From Candidatus Eiseniibacteriota bacterium (GTDB lineage: Bacteria > Eisenbacteria > RBG-16-71-46 > DASYSL01): 64,000 nucleotides of DNA. A model generated the notes under the pieces. That model did not search any database. It was not told where the DNA came from and saw only the letters and a list, made by a program, of their open reading frames with translations. This document shows positions 18,364-27,383 of this stretch, piece by piece. How positions within the stretch are numbered: the stretch's first letter is position 1; every line of letters begins with the position of its first letter. The translations under genes and the position numbers were made by a program. The stretch is taken from positions 32,001 to 96,000 of the forward strand of contig JANPEF010000061.1 in NCBI GenBank assembly GCA_031431875.1, read 5' to 3'.

Positions 18364-19083
18364 CTAGTCCGGCAGCGTCGAGACCTTGAACGGCGTCGGC
18401 GGAGACGAGGTGACGACCTTGCCGCCTTCGTCCCGGGCGTCCACGCGGACGAGCAGCGCCTGTCCCGCAACCGGACGGAAGTCGAGTTCGGAGGCCGGCA
18501 CGTCGAGCGCCGAGTCGCCGCGCACGCTCCGGTATGCCAGCTCTTCGAGGCGGTCCGAGTAGACGCGCACCTCGTAGGTGTCGGCGCCCGGAACCGCGTT
18601 CCACGAGACGTGCAATCCGTCGACATCGAGCCCGGCCGAGCGGACGCGCAGCATCGGCGCATTCGCATCGCTCGATCCGCCGCGCAGGACCTGCGATGGA
18701 TCGTGCTCCGCATGGCGCGGCCACAGAACGACCCCGCCCACCACGATTGCCGCCACCACGAGCCCCAGCGCGGGCCGCAGTGCCGGCGCGAACAGCGCGG
18801 CCCACCACGAGGTGCGCGGCGTCGCGCGTAACGGCGCGTGGGGTGCAGGGTCGGGTTCGGAAGGCGCGCCGATCGTCCGCGCCAGGAACGCCGACAGCCG
18901 GGCGTCCGCCGCCGCGACGTCCGGCAGCGCGGCGTCGGCGCCGGGATCCATGAACCGGGCGTAGGCATCGAGCAGCGCGCCGCAGCGCGGGCACTGCGCG
19001 ACGTGGGCGCGGCGCGGATCCGTCGCCGGCAGCTCGGCGACCGTGGCCAGTTCCTCGACCGGCATGCAGGGCGTGACGGTCAC
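18364..19083 (-). CDS. Zinc-binding (ZAS) transmembrane anti-sigma factor
   Basis: HVAQCPRC (HxxxCxxC), one TM helix and a periplasmic Ig/FN3-like C-terminus. GTGA overlap with the sigma gene. Confidence 0.8.
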   Translation of the reverse strand: MTVTPCMPVEELATVAELPATDPRRAHVAQCPRCGALLDAYARFMDPGADAALPDVAAADARLSAFLARTIGAPSEPDPAPHAPLRATPRTSWWAALFAPALRPALGLVVAAIVVGGVVLWPRHAEHDPSQVLRGGSSDANAPMLRVRSAGLDVDGLHVSWNAVPGADTYEVRVYSDRLEELAYRSVRGDSALDVPASELDFRPVAGQALLVRVDARDEGGKVVTSSPPTPFKVSTLPD

Positions 19084-19661
19084 GGCGTTCTCCCTGCGAG
19101 CGCGGTGCGGAGCTTGCGCCGGGCGCGCTGCAGGAGTGCGCGTGCCCCGGTCGCATTGTCGAGCCTCATCACGACCGTGATCTCCTCGACGGGCAGTCGC
19201 TCGAAGCAGCGCAGCCACAGCGCTTCCCGTTCCTCGGGATCGAGAGTGTCGGCAAGCAGCTGGCGCAACGCTATCTCATCCTGCAGCTCCCCCAGCATCC
19301 GTTCCGGGGTGCCGTCCGTCGCCGGCAGCGTCTCGAGCTCGACGTCGTCGTCGCGCAGCAGGCCCGGCGCCGCGAGTTCGTTCAGGCAACGATTGCGCGC
19401 GATCGCGAAAAGCCACGAGCCGAAGAGCGCCCGGCCCTGGAACGAGCCCAGGGCGCGCCACGCCCGCAGCAGCACCTCCTGCGCCAGTTCGAGCGCTCGT
19501 TCCGGATCCCGCACGTAGCGGTGACACCACACGTACACCCGACGCTGGTAGCGCCCGAGCAACGCCGAAGCCGCGGCCCGCCCGCCCGCCCCGTCGGGAT
19601 CGGCGGCGTGGCGGGCGAGGAACTCGTCGTCGGTCGGCTCGGGGCGCGGGGCCTCGCTCAT
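19080..19661 (-). CDS. ECF-family RNA polymerase sigma factor
   Basis: Region 2 (ELAQEVLLRAW...FGSWLFAIARNRCLN) and region 4 (EREALWLRCFERL...LQRARRKLR). Confidence 0.92.
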   Translation of the reverse strand: MSEAPRPEPTDDEFLARHAADPDGAGGRAAASALLGRYQRRVYVWCHRYVRDPERALELAQEVLLRAWRALGSFQGRALFGSWLFAIARNRCLNELAAPGLLRDDDVELETLPATDGTPERMLGELQDEIALRQLLADTLDPEEREALWLRCFERLPVEEITVVMRLDNATGARALLQRARRKLRTALAGRTP

Positions 19662-19851
19662 CGGATAGGAACGGCTCCAGGGCCGGAAATCACAGGCGGC
19701 GGGCCGGGACGGGGCAGGCGACCGGTAGCGGACAGCGTAAGCCGTGGCGCCGCAAACGGGAAGGGGCCCGTCCGGTTTCGCTTGTCGCGCCCGAAAGCGC
19801 CCCGTACCGTGCGGGTCGCGCGGCGCATCGTGCCGCCGCAGGGAGGACGCC

Positions 19852-20301
19852 GTGACCAATTCCGTGAACTGGATGCTCATCATCGTCGGGGCGCTCGCGC
19901 TCGTCGCCGAGGTCGTCCTCGGCGTCATCACCGGTTTCGACCTCGCGATCGTCGGCCTGGCGCTCATGGTCGGCGGCGGAATCGGGCTCGCCTTCGGGTC
20001 GGCCGAGGTCGGCCTGTTCGCCGCCGGCGCGTTCGCGTTCCTCTACCTCGCGTTCTTCCGCCGGCAGGTCAAGGCGCGGCTGGCCGCCGGGCCCGCCCGG
20101 CCGACGAACATCGACGTGGTGCTGGGCAAGAGCGGAATGGTGACCGAGCGGATCGGGCCGCATGCGCCGGGAATGGTACGGGTCGGCGACGAACTGTGGC
20201 GCGCGGCGCTGCTGGACGAGGGCGCGGGCGCGATGGCGAAGGAACCCGGAACGACGGTGCTGGTGGACTCGGTCGAGGGCGTAACCCTTAAGGTGAGGTG
20301 A
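19852..20301 (+). CDS. NfeD-like membrane protein (short form)
   Basis: Hydrophobic N-terminus plus OB-fold (GMVRVGDELWRA...VEGVTLKV). GGAGG RBS; directly upstream of the SPFH gene. Confidence 0.88.
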   Translation: MTNSVNWMLIIVGALALVAEVVLGVITGFDLAIVGLALMVGGGIGLAFGSAEVGLFAAGAFAFLYLAFFRRQVKARLAAGPARPTNIDVVLGKSGMVTERIGPHAPGMVRVGDELWRAALLDEGAGAMAKEPGTTVLVDSVEGVTLKVR

Positions 20302-21317
20302 CGACGATGAACGAAGGCAACAGTTTCTTCCCGGTCCTGCTCGGGATCTTTGCCGTCCTCGGGCTCATCACGCTGGCGCGCACGGCGCGCATCGTGAACC
20401 AGTACGAGAAGGCGCTGGTCATGCGCCTGGGCAAGTACAAGTGCACGGTCGACTCGGGTCTGACCTTTCTCGCGCCGTTCATCGAGGACATGATCAAGGT
20501 CGACATGCGCGAGAAGGTGATCAACGTCGAGCCGCAGAAGGTCATCACCAAGGACAACGTGACCGTCATCGTCGATGCCGTCATCTACTACAAGGTGATC
20601 GACCCGGTGAAGACCGAGTTCGAGGTGCAGAACTTCGGCTATGCCTGCACCACGCTGGCGCAGACCAACCTGCGCAACCTGATCGGCGACCGCACGCTCG
20701 ACGAGACGCTGGTCGCCCGCGACATGATCAACACCAACCTCCGCCTCGTCCTCGACGAGGCGACGAACCTGTGGGGCGTCAAGGTGACGCGCGTCGAGGT
20801 GCAGAAGATCGACCCGCCGGTCGACATCACCGAGGCGATGTCGCGGCAGATGAAGGCCGAGCGCGACAAGCGCGCCTCGATCCTCGAATCCGAGGGCTTC
20901 AAGCAGAGCCAGATCCTGCAGGCCGAGGGCGTCAAGCAGGCCGACATCCTGCGCGCCGAGGGCGAGGCCCAGGCCCGCGTGACGCGCGCCAACGCCGAGG
21001 CCGAGGCGATCAAGCTGGTTTCGACCGCCGCCGAGACGTACTTCAAGGACCGCGCCGAGGTGATGCGTCGCCTCGAAGTGCTGAACCACACCCTGTCGGA
21101 GAACACGAAGTTCGTGCTGCCGTCGAACGGCGAGTTCGTCAACGTGCTCGGGCTGGGCGATGCCGGTGGTGGCGGTGGTCGTCGCCGTGGCGGGGATGAC
21201 GGCGGGAGCGGTGGCGGTGGCAAGGGCGGCTCCGGCGGTTCTTCAGGCCCGAGCGGCGGGATGGGTGGCGGCTTCGGCGGCGGCGAGATCCCGGTCGTGC
21301 CCCTGCGCCGCTCGTGA
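20298..21317 (+). CDS. SPFH/Band 7 (QmcA/stomatin-like) protein with Gly-rich tail
   Basis: VITKDNVTVIVDA, AQTNLRNLIG and QMKAERDKRA motifs. The start could be 20298 or 20307. Confidence 0.93.
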   Translation: MTTMNEGNSFFPVLLGIFAVLGLITLARTARIVNQYEKALVMRLGKYKCTVDSGLTFLAPFIEDMIKVDMREKVINVEPQKVITKDNVTVIVDAVIYYKVIDPVKTEFEVQNFGYACTTLAQTNLRNLIGDRTLDETLVARDMINTNLRLVLDEATNLWGVKVTRVEVQKIDPPVDITEAMSRQMKAERDKRASILESEGFKQSQILQAEGVKQADILRAEGEAQARVTRANAEAEAIKLVSTAAETYFKDRAEVMRRLEVLNHTLSENTKFVLPSNGEFVNVLGLGDAGGGGGRRRGGDDGGSGGGGKGGSGGSSGPSGGMGGGFGGGEIPVVPLRRS

Positions 21318-21667
21318 GCGACGGCGGCGAGCTCTTCGCCTCCGACGTCCGCATCGTGTTCTCGACGGCGCCCGACACCGAGGCGGCGCTCCGCCTCGGC
21401 CGGACGCTGGTCGAGGAGCGCCTGGCCGCGTGCGTCAACGTCGTGCCCGGTGTGCGCTCGATCTATCGCTGGCGCGAAGCGGTGGAGGAGGCCGAGGAAG
21501 TGATGCTTGTCCTCAAGACGACGGCCGCCGCCGCCCCCGCGCTGGCTGCGCGGCTGGCGGCGCTCCATCCCTACGAGGTTCCCGAGGTGCTTGCGATCGA
21601 GCCGGCCGCCGGTGCCGAGGCGTACCTCGGCTGGATCGGCGAGAGCGTGACAACACCGGCGCGTTAG
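21314..21667 (+). CDS. cutA: Divalent cation tolerance protein CutA
   Basis: LVEERLAACVN, SIYRW and HPYEVPE motifs. Confidence 0.93.
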   Translation: MSDGGELFASDVRIVFSTAPDTEAALRLGRTLVEERLAACVNVVPGVRSIYRWREAVEEAEEVMLVLKTTAAAAPALAARLAALHPYEVPEVLAIEPAAGAEAYLGWIGESVTTPAR

Positions 21668-21674
21668 CGCCGCT

Positions 21675-23069
21675 CTACGGCCCGAGGCCTTCGGGAATCG
21701 CCGCCCCGGGAGCCGTCGCGGCGAATACATCCTGCGATTCCGTCGCCACGGCCGTACCCGGCTTCGGCTTCATGAACGGCAGCAGGACCAGCGGCAACAG
21801 CCCCACGACGCAGTCGATCACGAGCGTCTTCGGGTAGCCGAAGCGCACGATCGAGAAGCCCTGCCACGTCGAGGTGTACGAGATGGCGAAGTTCTGCATC
21901 GCCATGTACGCCGTGAACTGCGTCGCCGCCACCGCCGGCGTCGTGATGTCCATGAACAGCGCGCTGCGGATCCCGTAGTACAACCCCTGGAACACGTTGT
22001 AGGAGATGCAGGCAATCCAGAACGCCTGGACGAGCCCGGCCGGCACCGCGGGGCGGTCCGGGGCGTTCGCCGCGATCGAGTGGATCCAGCCGTACTGTTG
22101 CATCTGCCAGGCGAGGTACAGCGTCGGCACCGCGGTCATCGCGATGAAGACGGCCAGCGTGCGCCGCCGGCCGAAACGGTCGGAGACCCACCCGCCGGTG
22201 ATGCAGGTCACGGCGAAGATGACCGTCGACCAGAGATTGAGCGTGGCCACCTGGTTGTCGGTGAAGCCCAGCTCGACGGCCAGAGTCGACTGCAGCGCGA
22301 GCGCCAGGGCGTAGGCGCCCAGCGGCAACAGCGCCGAGAACACGCCGACGAGCGCGGCTTGCGACCCGATGAACGCCCTATACGCCTGGACGACGAAGGT
22401 CTTGAGCTCGAGGCCGACGGCCGCGACCTTCGAGCCGACGACCGGCGCAGCGAGCGGACGCGCGACCTCGCGCAGCGGCAACACGACGAAGACGGTGACC
22501 AGCAGGATCACACCGATGACGAAGAAGTACGTCGACTGGAACGGCATGACGCCGGCGAGGAACAGCACCATCGATCCGCCGATCGTCTGTCCCACCGACG
22601 CGCCGCCGAACATGAAGCCGTTGGCCACGCCACGCTCCGACTCGGGGAGCACGTTGCAGGCGAGCGCGTCGATGGCCACGTCCATGATCGCCGCGAACGA
22701 GTTGTGGACGGCGATGATGATGGTGAAGAGGGCGAGGTTCTTCACGTAGTCGATCGGCCAGGCGAGGAGCAGCGTGGCGGCCATGCCCAGCTGCATGAGG
22801 AAGATCCACAGCCGGCGGCGGCCGAAGCGGTCGCTCGAGAACGTGTCGACGAACGGCCCGGCGATCCACTTGAACGCCCACGGCAGGTAGAGCGAGCCGA
22901 CGAACGCGCCGATCAGCTCCGGCGACAGGCCCTGGCGGCGCATCTGCGTGCCGATGGCGGTGGCGGTGAAGCCGAGCGGGATGCCCTCGGTCATGTAGAG
23001 CAGGAAGAACGCGGTGAGGCGACCGTTCTTGGTCGCCAGCAGGTCGGGGAGCGGCAGGCGGAAGCTCAT
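21675..23069 (-). CDS. AmpG-like MFS transporter (paralog 2)
   Basis: LYMTEGIPLGF, LPWAFKW, DVAIDALA and AATQFTAYMA motifs. ATG at 23069. Confidence 0.88.
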   Translation of the reverse strand: MSFRLPLPDLLATKNGRLTAFFLLYMTEGIPLGFTATAIGTQMRRQGLSPELIGAFVGSLYLPWAFKWIAGPFVDTFSSDRFGRRRLWIFLMQLGMAATLLLAWPIDYVKNLALFTIIIAVHNSFAAIMDVAIDALACNVLPESERGVANGFMFGGASVGQTIGGSMVLFLAGVMPFQSTYFFVIGVILLVTVFVVLPLREVARPLAAPVVGSKVAAVGLELKTFVVQAYRAFIGSQAALVGVFSALLPLGAYALALALQSTLAVELGFTDNQVATLNLWSTVIFAVTCITGGWVSDRFGRRRTLAVFIAMTAVPTLYLAWQMQQYGWIHSIAANAPDRPAVPAGLVQAFWIACISYNVFQGLYYGIRSALFMDITTPAVAATQFTAYMAMQNFAISYTSTWQGFSIVRFGYPKTLVIDCVVGLLPLVLLPFMKPKPGTAVATESQDVFAATAPGAAIPEGLGP

Positions 23070-24430
23070 CAGTGAACGACTCCTTCCGGAATGGCCGCGC
23101 CGGGACCGGGGCCCGACGGCGGAGCGAACCCCGCGGCCGCATGTCTGGCGGACAGCGGAGTGACGAACGGCAGGATGAGCAGGCACACCAGGCCGAAGGC
23201 CGCGTCGAACCCGAGGGTGAGAGGATACCCGAATCGCTCGATCGAGTGGCCCTGCCACCACGCGGCCATCGAGGAGGCCAGGTTGCACAGGGCCATGTAC
23301 GCGGTGAACTGGGTGGCGGCCACGCGCGGCGTCGTGATGTCCATGTAGAGCGCGGTGCCCGCGCCGTACATGAGGCCCTGCGCGATGTAGTACGAGAGGC
23401 AGGCGGTCCAGAACGCGCTGATCGCCGCCGCCCCGATCGCCCCGCCGGCGAGCAAGAGTGCGAGGCAGACGCCGGGCACGGACATCAGGGCGACGAAGAG
23501 CGCGATCGTGCGGCGGCGGCCCAGGCGATCCGACAGCCAGCCGCCGACCACGCAGCCCAGCGCCCCGCAGAACGACGAAGCCATCGCCAGCGCGCCGATG
23601 GCGCCGTCGTCCATGCCCAGCTCGACCGCGAGGTTCGATTGCAGCGCCAGGCCGAGGCCCATGGCGCCCATCGGCAGGAGCGCCAGCAGCACGCCGAACA
23701 GGGCGCCGCGCGAGCCGGTGAAGGCGTGCCACGACGCGACGAGGAACTCGCGCATGCGCGCGCCCGCCGCCGCCAGCGCCGCCGCAGGGCCGGCGCCGGG
23801 GCCGCCCGCGTGCGCCGCCGCCACCGCAGCCGTCTCGCGCAGGCGCAGCGAGACCACGATCCCGATCAGCGCGACCGCTCCGGCAACGACGAGGAACGTG
23901 GCGCGGAACGGCATGGCCGCGGTCAGCATGAGCACGCCGCCGCCGCCCAGTGCGGTGCCCACCGCTTGTCCCGCGAACATGACGCCGTTCGCCGTCCCAC
24001 GTTCCTCGACGGGCAGCACGTTGCAGGCGAGCGCGTCGATCGCGACGTCCTGCGTCGCGGCGAAGGCGTTGTGCAGGATCAGGAGCCCGGTGAAGAGTGC
24101 GAGCTGCTGCGCGGGATCGACGGTCATGGCCACCAGCAGCGTGACGACCATGAGGCCCTGCGCCAGCACGACCCAGAATCGCCGCGGTCCCCAGCGCGCC
24201 ACGGTCAGCGAGTCGACGATCGGCCCCACCGCCCACTTGAACGCCCACGGCAGGTAGAGCGCAGCGACGTAGGTCCCGATCTCCGCGGGACCCAGGCCCA
24301 GTCGGCGCATCTGTGTGGCCACGGCGACCACCGCGAAGCCCGAGGGCAGGCCCTCACTGACATAGAGGAGGAAGAACGAGACGAGGCGGGCGCGACGCGT
24401 GCCGAGAGGGTCGGACGGAAGGAGGCGCAT
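23069..24430 (-). CDS. AmpG-like MFS transporter (paralog 1)
   Basis: LYVSEGLPSGF, LPWAFKW, ATQDVAIDALA and AATQFTAYMA motifs. TGATG overlap with paralog 2. Confidence 0.88.
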   Translation of the reverse strand: MRLLPSDPLGTRRARLVSFFLLYVSEGLPSGFAVVAVATQMRRLGLGPAEIGTYVAALYLPWAFKWAVGPIVDSLTVARWGPRRFWVVLAQGLMVVTLLVAMTVDPAQQLALFTGLLILHNAFAATQDVAIDALACNVLPVEERGTANGVMFAGQAVGTALGGGGVLMLTAAMPFRATFLVVAGAVALIGIVVSLRLRETAAVAAAHAGGPGAGPAAALAAAGARMREFLVASWHAFTGSRGALFGVLLALLPMGAMGLGLALQSNLAVELGMDDGAIGALAMASSFCGALGCVVGGWLSDRLGRRRTIALFVALMSVPGVCLALLLAGGAIGAAAISAFWTACLSYYIAQGLMYGAGTALYMDITTPRVAATQFTAYMALCNLASSMAAWWQGHSIERFGYPLTLGFDAAFGLVCLLILPFVTPLSARHAAAGFAPPSGPGPGAAIPEGVVH

Positions 24431-24578
24431 GGGCGCGCACCTTAGCACAGCCGGCGTCCGATTCTCCCGACGAGCGTCCGGCACTCCCGACAGGGCGGCG
24501 GGCACCGCGTGCAGCGCCTCGATCCGGGACTTCCCGCGAACCCACGCGAATTCGCGGGCTGGAGGGACCGCGACGCGC

Positions 24579-24594
24579 TGGCATGGCGCGTGCA
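24579..24594 (+). promoter_or_regulatory. Probable sigma54 promoter
   Basis: TGGCATGGCGCGTGCA (GG-N10-GC), 27 nt upstream of the ATG at 24622. Confidence 0.6.
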
Positions 24595-24621
24595 TCCCTC
24601 CCCGTGCAGGGGAGGTGGACC

Positions 24622-25404
24622 ATGCACTCGTCCAAGGTCTGTTGGCATCGCTTCATCGCAGTTGCGCGGCGTCGACGTCGCCTGCTGATCCGCCGGGCAG
24701 GCGCGCTCGCGGCGACGTTCACCATCGTGCCGCTCGCCATCGGCGTCGATCCGGTCGATCGCGACACGTCGTTCACGACGTTCACGGTCGGCATCGGCGC
24801 GGGGTCCTACGCCGACGTGGCGCGCGGCTGCAGCGGAGAGGTGATCTCCGCGCGCAGCCGGCCGGTCGGCGACGTCGGGTTCGGCGTCGAGCACGAGATG
24901 GACAGCGCGGTGCTCGGCGTACGGGCCACGCGGCGAGGGTCCGGCATCGGCGGCGACGACGCCGTCGAGTCCTGGGTGGCGAATCCCCACGCGTCGTACG
25001 AGGGGGATCGGTTCGGGATCGGCGCGGGTATCACGCTTCCGGATCAGGTCTCGGCGGGCAACTACACCGACGAGGACTTCGTCCTTCCGTTGACGGGTCA
25101 CATCCGGACCGGCAATCGCGCTCGCGGCACGGACTTCCGCATCAGTTTCGGCGAGAACGTCCCGGCATATTCGCCGGGCGGCGGGGCCGAGATGACGCAG
25201 GGTTTCCGCATCTCGCGTGTCGTCCGGGGCCGCGTCGGCGTGGCGGGGCCGGTGCCGTTCGATCAGGTCGGTCTCATCGTGCGGACGAACGTTCGGGCCA
25301 CCGACGCGCTCACGATCGAGCTGCGCGGTCGCCTCGGGCAGTCCGAGGGTGTCGGCGAGTCGACGATCGGCGTGGGCGTGAGCTACCGGATCGACCACCA
25401 CTAG
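24622..25404 (+). CDS. Hypothetical protein, possible outer-membrane beta-barrel
   Basis: GGAGG RBS, Arg-rich then hydrophobic N-terminus, and amphipathic Gly-rich strands ending IGVGVSYRI. Confidence 0.6.
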   Translation: MHSSKVCWHRFIAVARRRRRLLIRRAGALAATFTIVPLAIGVDPVDRDTSFTTFTVGIGAGSYADVARGCSGEVISARSRPVGDVGFGVEHEMDSAVLGVRATRRGSGIGGDDAVESWVANPHASYEGDRFGIGAGITLPDQVSAGNYTDEDFVLPLTGHIRTGNRARGTDFRISFGENVPAYSPGGGAEMTQGFRISRVVRGRVGVAGPVPFDQVGLIVRTNVRATDALTIELRGRLGQSEGVGESTIGVGVSYRIDHH

Positions 25405-25418
25405 TTCCCGCCACGCGA

Positions 25419-25448
25419 ACGGGCCCGGCGTGCATCCGCCGGGCCCGT
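25419..25448. terminator. Hairpin between convergent genes
   Basis: ACGGGCCCGGCG-TGCATC-CGCCGGGCCCGT, a perfect 12-bp stem with no U-tract. Confidence 0.5.
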
Positions 25449-25504
25449 CGTGCACCGCGGGCCGGGGCCCGCGCGGGGGGTGCTCGTCTGCGGTCGCGCG
25501 GCGT

Positions 25505-27283
25505 CTACCGCACCATCACCAGCTTGGCGTCGAAGCGCGTCTCGCCCACCTCGCCACGGTAGAAGTACATGCCGGGCGCCACGCGCGCGCCCGTGTCGTC
25601 GGAGCCGTCCCACGCGATCGACGCTTCACCGGCGGGACGCGCCTCGTCGACGAGCGTGCGCACCTTCTGGCCGCGCACGTTGAAGATCTCGAAGTGCACG
25701 TGGCCCGCGGTCGGCTGCGCGTAGCGGATGCGCGCGCCGCCGGTCGTGCTGGCGAACACGACGCTCGATGTCCGCGGAGCAATTTCTGCGAGCGGCAGGA
25801 CGCTGCCGGACTCTGCGGTGACTCCGCCTCTCGGCACCGTCAATCCAGCAGCCGTGGCGTCGAAGGCTGCTCCTTCATTCGCCCTCGCCGCCTGCGGCGG
25901 CGAGATCATGTGATGATCGTGCGCGAAGCCCGAGTGCGATGGCGCGACATACGGGAACGCGCCCTGGAACGGAAGTTCGTTTGCGTCGACGCCGTCGCCC
26001 AGCAGGGAGTTCGGCTCGCCCGCGCCCAGCAGCACGCCCGCGACGGCGCGCAACTCGATGTCGACCACGTCGTCGACCAGGCGGCGGCCGTTGGGGAAGC
26101 CGTCGAGCTGGCCGGCGAGCACGCCGAGGCGGTTCGGCGACAACGACGGGGCGATCGCGGTGTTGAGGCGGATCATCTCGGAGGGGACGACGTCGGCGCG
26201 CTTGTTGAGGCCGTCGACGCCGGTGAGGAACACCGCGACGAGATCGTTGCGCGGCGCCGGAGGTACGGTGAGGCCGTACAGCAGGTTGAGCAGCCGCGCC
26301 GGCTCGGGGTCGACCACGTACGAGAGGAACTGCCCGTCGTCGGCCGGCTTCGACGCGTTCCAGCGATCCTTCTGCGACAGCGGCAGCACGATCTCGTTGA
26401 CCAGCGGCATGCCCAGGCGCGACACCTGCTGCCACGGACCCTTCTCGTCGTCCCACGCCATCTTCCTGCCGGTGCCGCCGGCCTTGCGGCTCGCCGTCGC
26501 CCACACGCCGAGGATCGCGTTCGGATCGGTGGTACCGGTGGGCATCGCGCCGGTCGCGGTCAGCTTCGCGATCGGCACCTGGATCGCGATCGTCTGGCAG
26601 TTGTACCCGCCCAGGCCGTCGACTCCGCCACCGGCGTTACCCGGCGCGCCCGGGCGAATGGTCAGCAGGTCGAACACCGCACCCAGGTCGACGAAGAACG
26701 GATCGTCGCTCTGGCCGGCGTACACCTTGATGTCGCCGTCGAGGGTGCGCACCGCCTGCTGCATGAGCACGGGCCAGTTCGGCGTCGACGCCGGGCCGAT
26801 GTTCGACGGGGTCGTGGACAGGTCGTTGCCGAGCACACGACGCCCGTTCGACTCCTCGCTCGTGACGTAGAGCTGGTAGGTCTGCGGCCGGTTCCAGTTC
26901 GGGTCGGTGAGGCTGTGGATCGGCCCGACGTTGTAGAGGAACGTGTTGGCGTTGCGGGTCGCGGTCGAGAAGCGGAAGTTGTAGACGATCTCGGCGGCCG
27001 GGTCGCCGTCATTGCTGACCTTGACCTGGTAGAGCACCTCATCGCCGAACTTGTAGAAGTTCGGGCCGCCGCCGGGCTCCTGCACGCCGTTGTAGGTCGC
27101 GATCAGCGTGACCGTGCCCGGCGCATCGGGGCTGACGAAGGCATAGACGTCGAGGTTGTCGGCGACGGGATCTTCGGCGATGGCGGGGGCTTCGCGGTGG
27201 CTCGAAGCCAGGGCGATCGACGGCAGCAGGGACACGGCGCTGGCAAGCAGCAGGGCACGGGCAAACGAAAGCGGACGGGACAT
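25505..27283 (-). CDS. DUF4331 family secreted protein with C-terminal FlgD-Ig domain
   Basis: Signal peptide then SSHREAP, DDPFFVDL, QVSRLGMPLVNE and GFPNGRRLVDDVVD. The C-terminus is IFNVRGQKVRTL...WDG...PGMYFYR...KLVMVR. Confidence 0.9.
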   Translation of the reverse strand: MSRPLSFARALLLASAVSLLPSIALASSHREAPAIAEDPVADNLDVYAFVSPDAPGTVTLIATYNGVQEPGGGPNFYKFGDEVLYQVKVSNDGDPAAEIVYNFRFSTATRNANTFLYNVGPIHSLTDPNWNRPQTYQLYVTSEESNGRRVLGNDLSTTPSNIGPASTPNWPVLMQQAVRTLDGDIKVYAGQSDDPFFVDLGAVFDLLTIRPGAPGNAGGGVDGLGGYNCQTIAIQVPIAKLTATGAMPTGTTDPNAILGVWATASRKAGGTGRKMAWDDEKGPWQQVSRLGMPLVNEIVLPLSQKDRWNASKPADDGQFLSYVVDPEPARLLNLLYGLTVPPAPRNDLVAVFLTGVDGLNKRADVVPSEMIRLNTAIAPSLSPNRLGVLAGQLDGFPNGRRLVDDVVDIELRAVAGVLLGAGEPNSLLGDGVDANELPFQGAFPYVAPSHSGFAHDHHMISPPQAARANEGAAFDATAAGLTVPRGGVTAESGSVLPLAEIAPRTSSVVFASTTGGARIRYAQPTAGHVHFEIFNVRGQKVRTLVDEARPAGEASIAWDGSDDTGARVAPGMYFYRGEVGETRFDAKLVMVR

Positions 27284-27383
27284 CGGACGACCTCCGGACT
27301 GGGATGGGACACGGGTTCTGGGCCTCACCCGGGATACGGACCCCGCCGGCGATCGGATGACCCGCGGATGCTAGGATGCGGCC

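Noticed and set aside
21675..24248. 857-aa fused MFS ORF in the track
   Set aside because: The upstream part is an off-frame read of paralog 1. The real start is the ATG at 23069.
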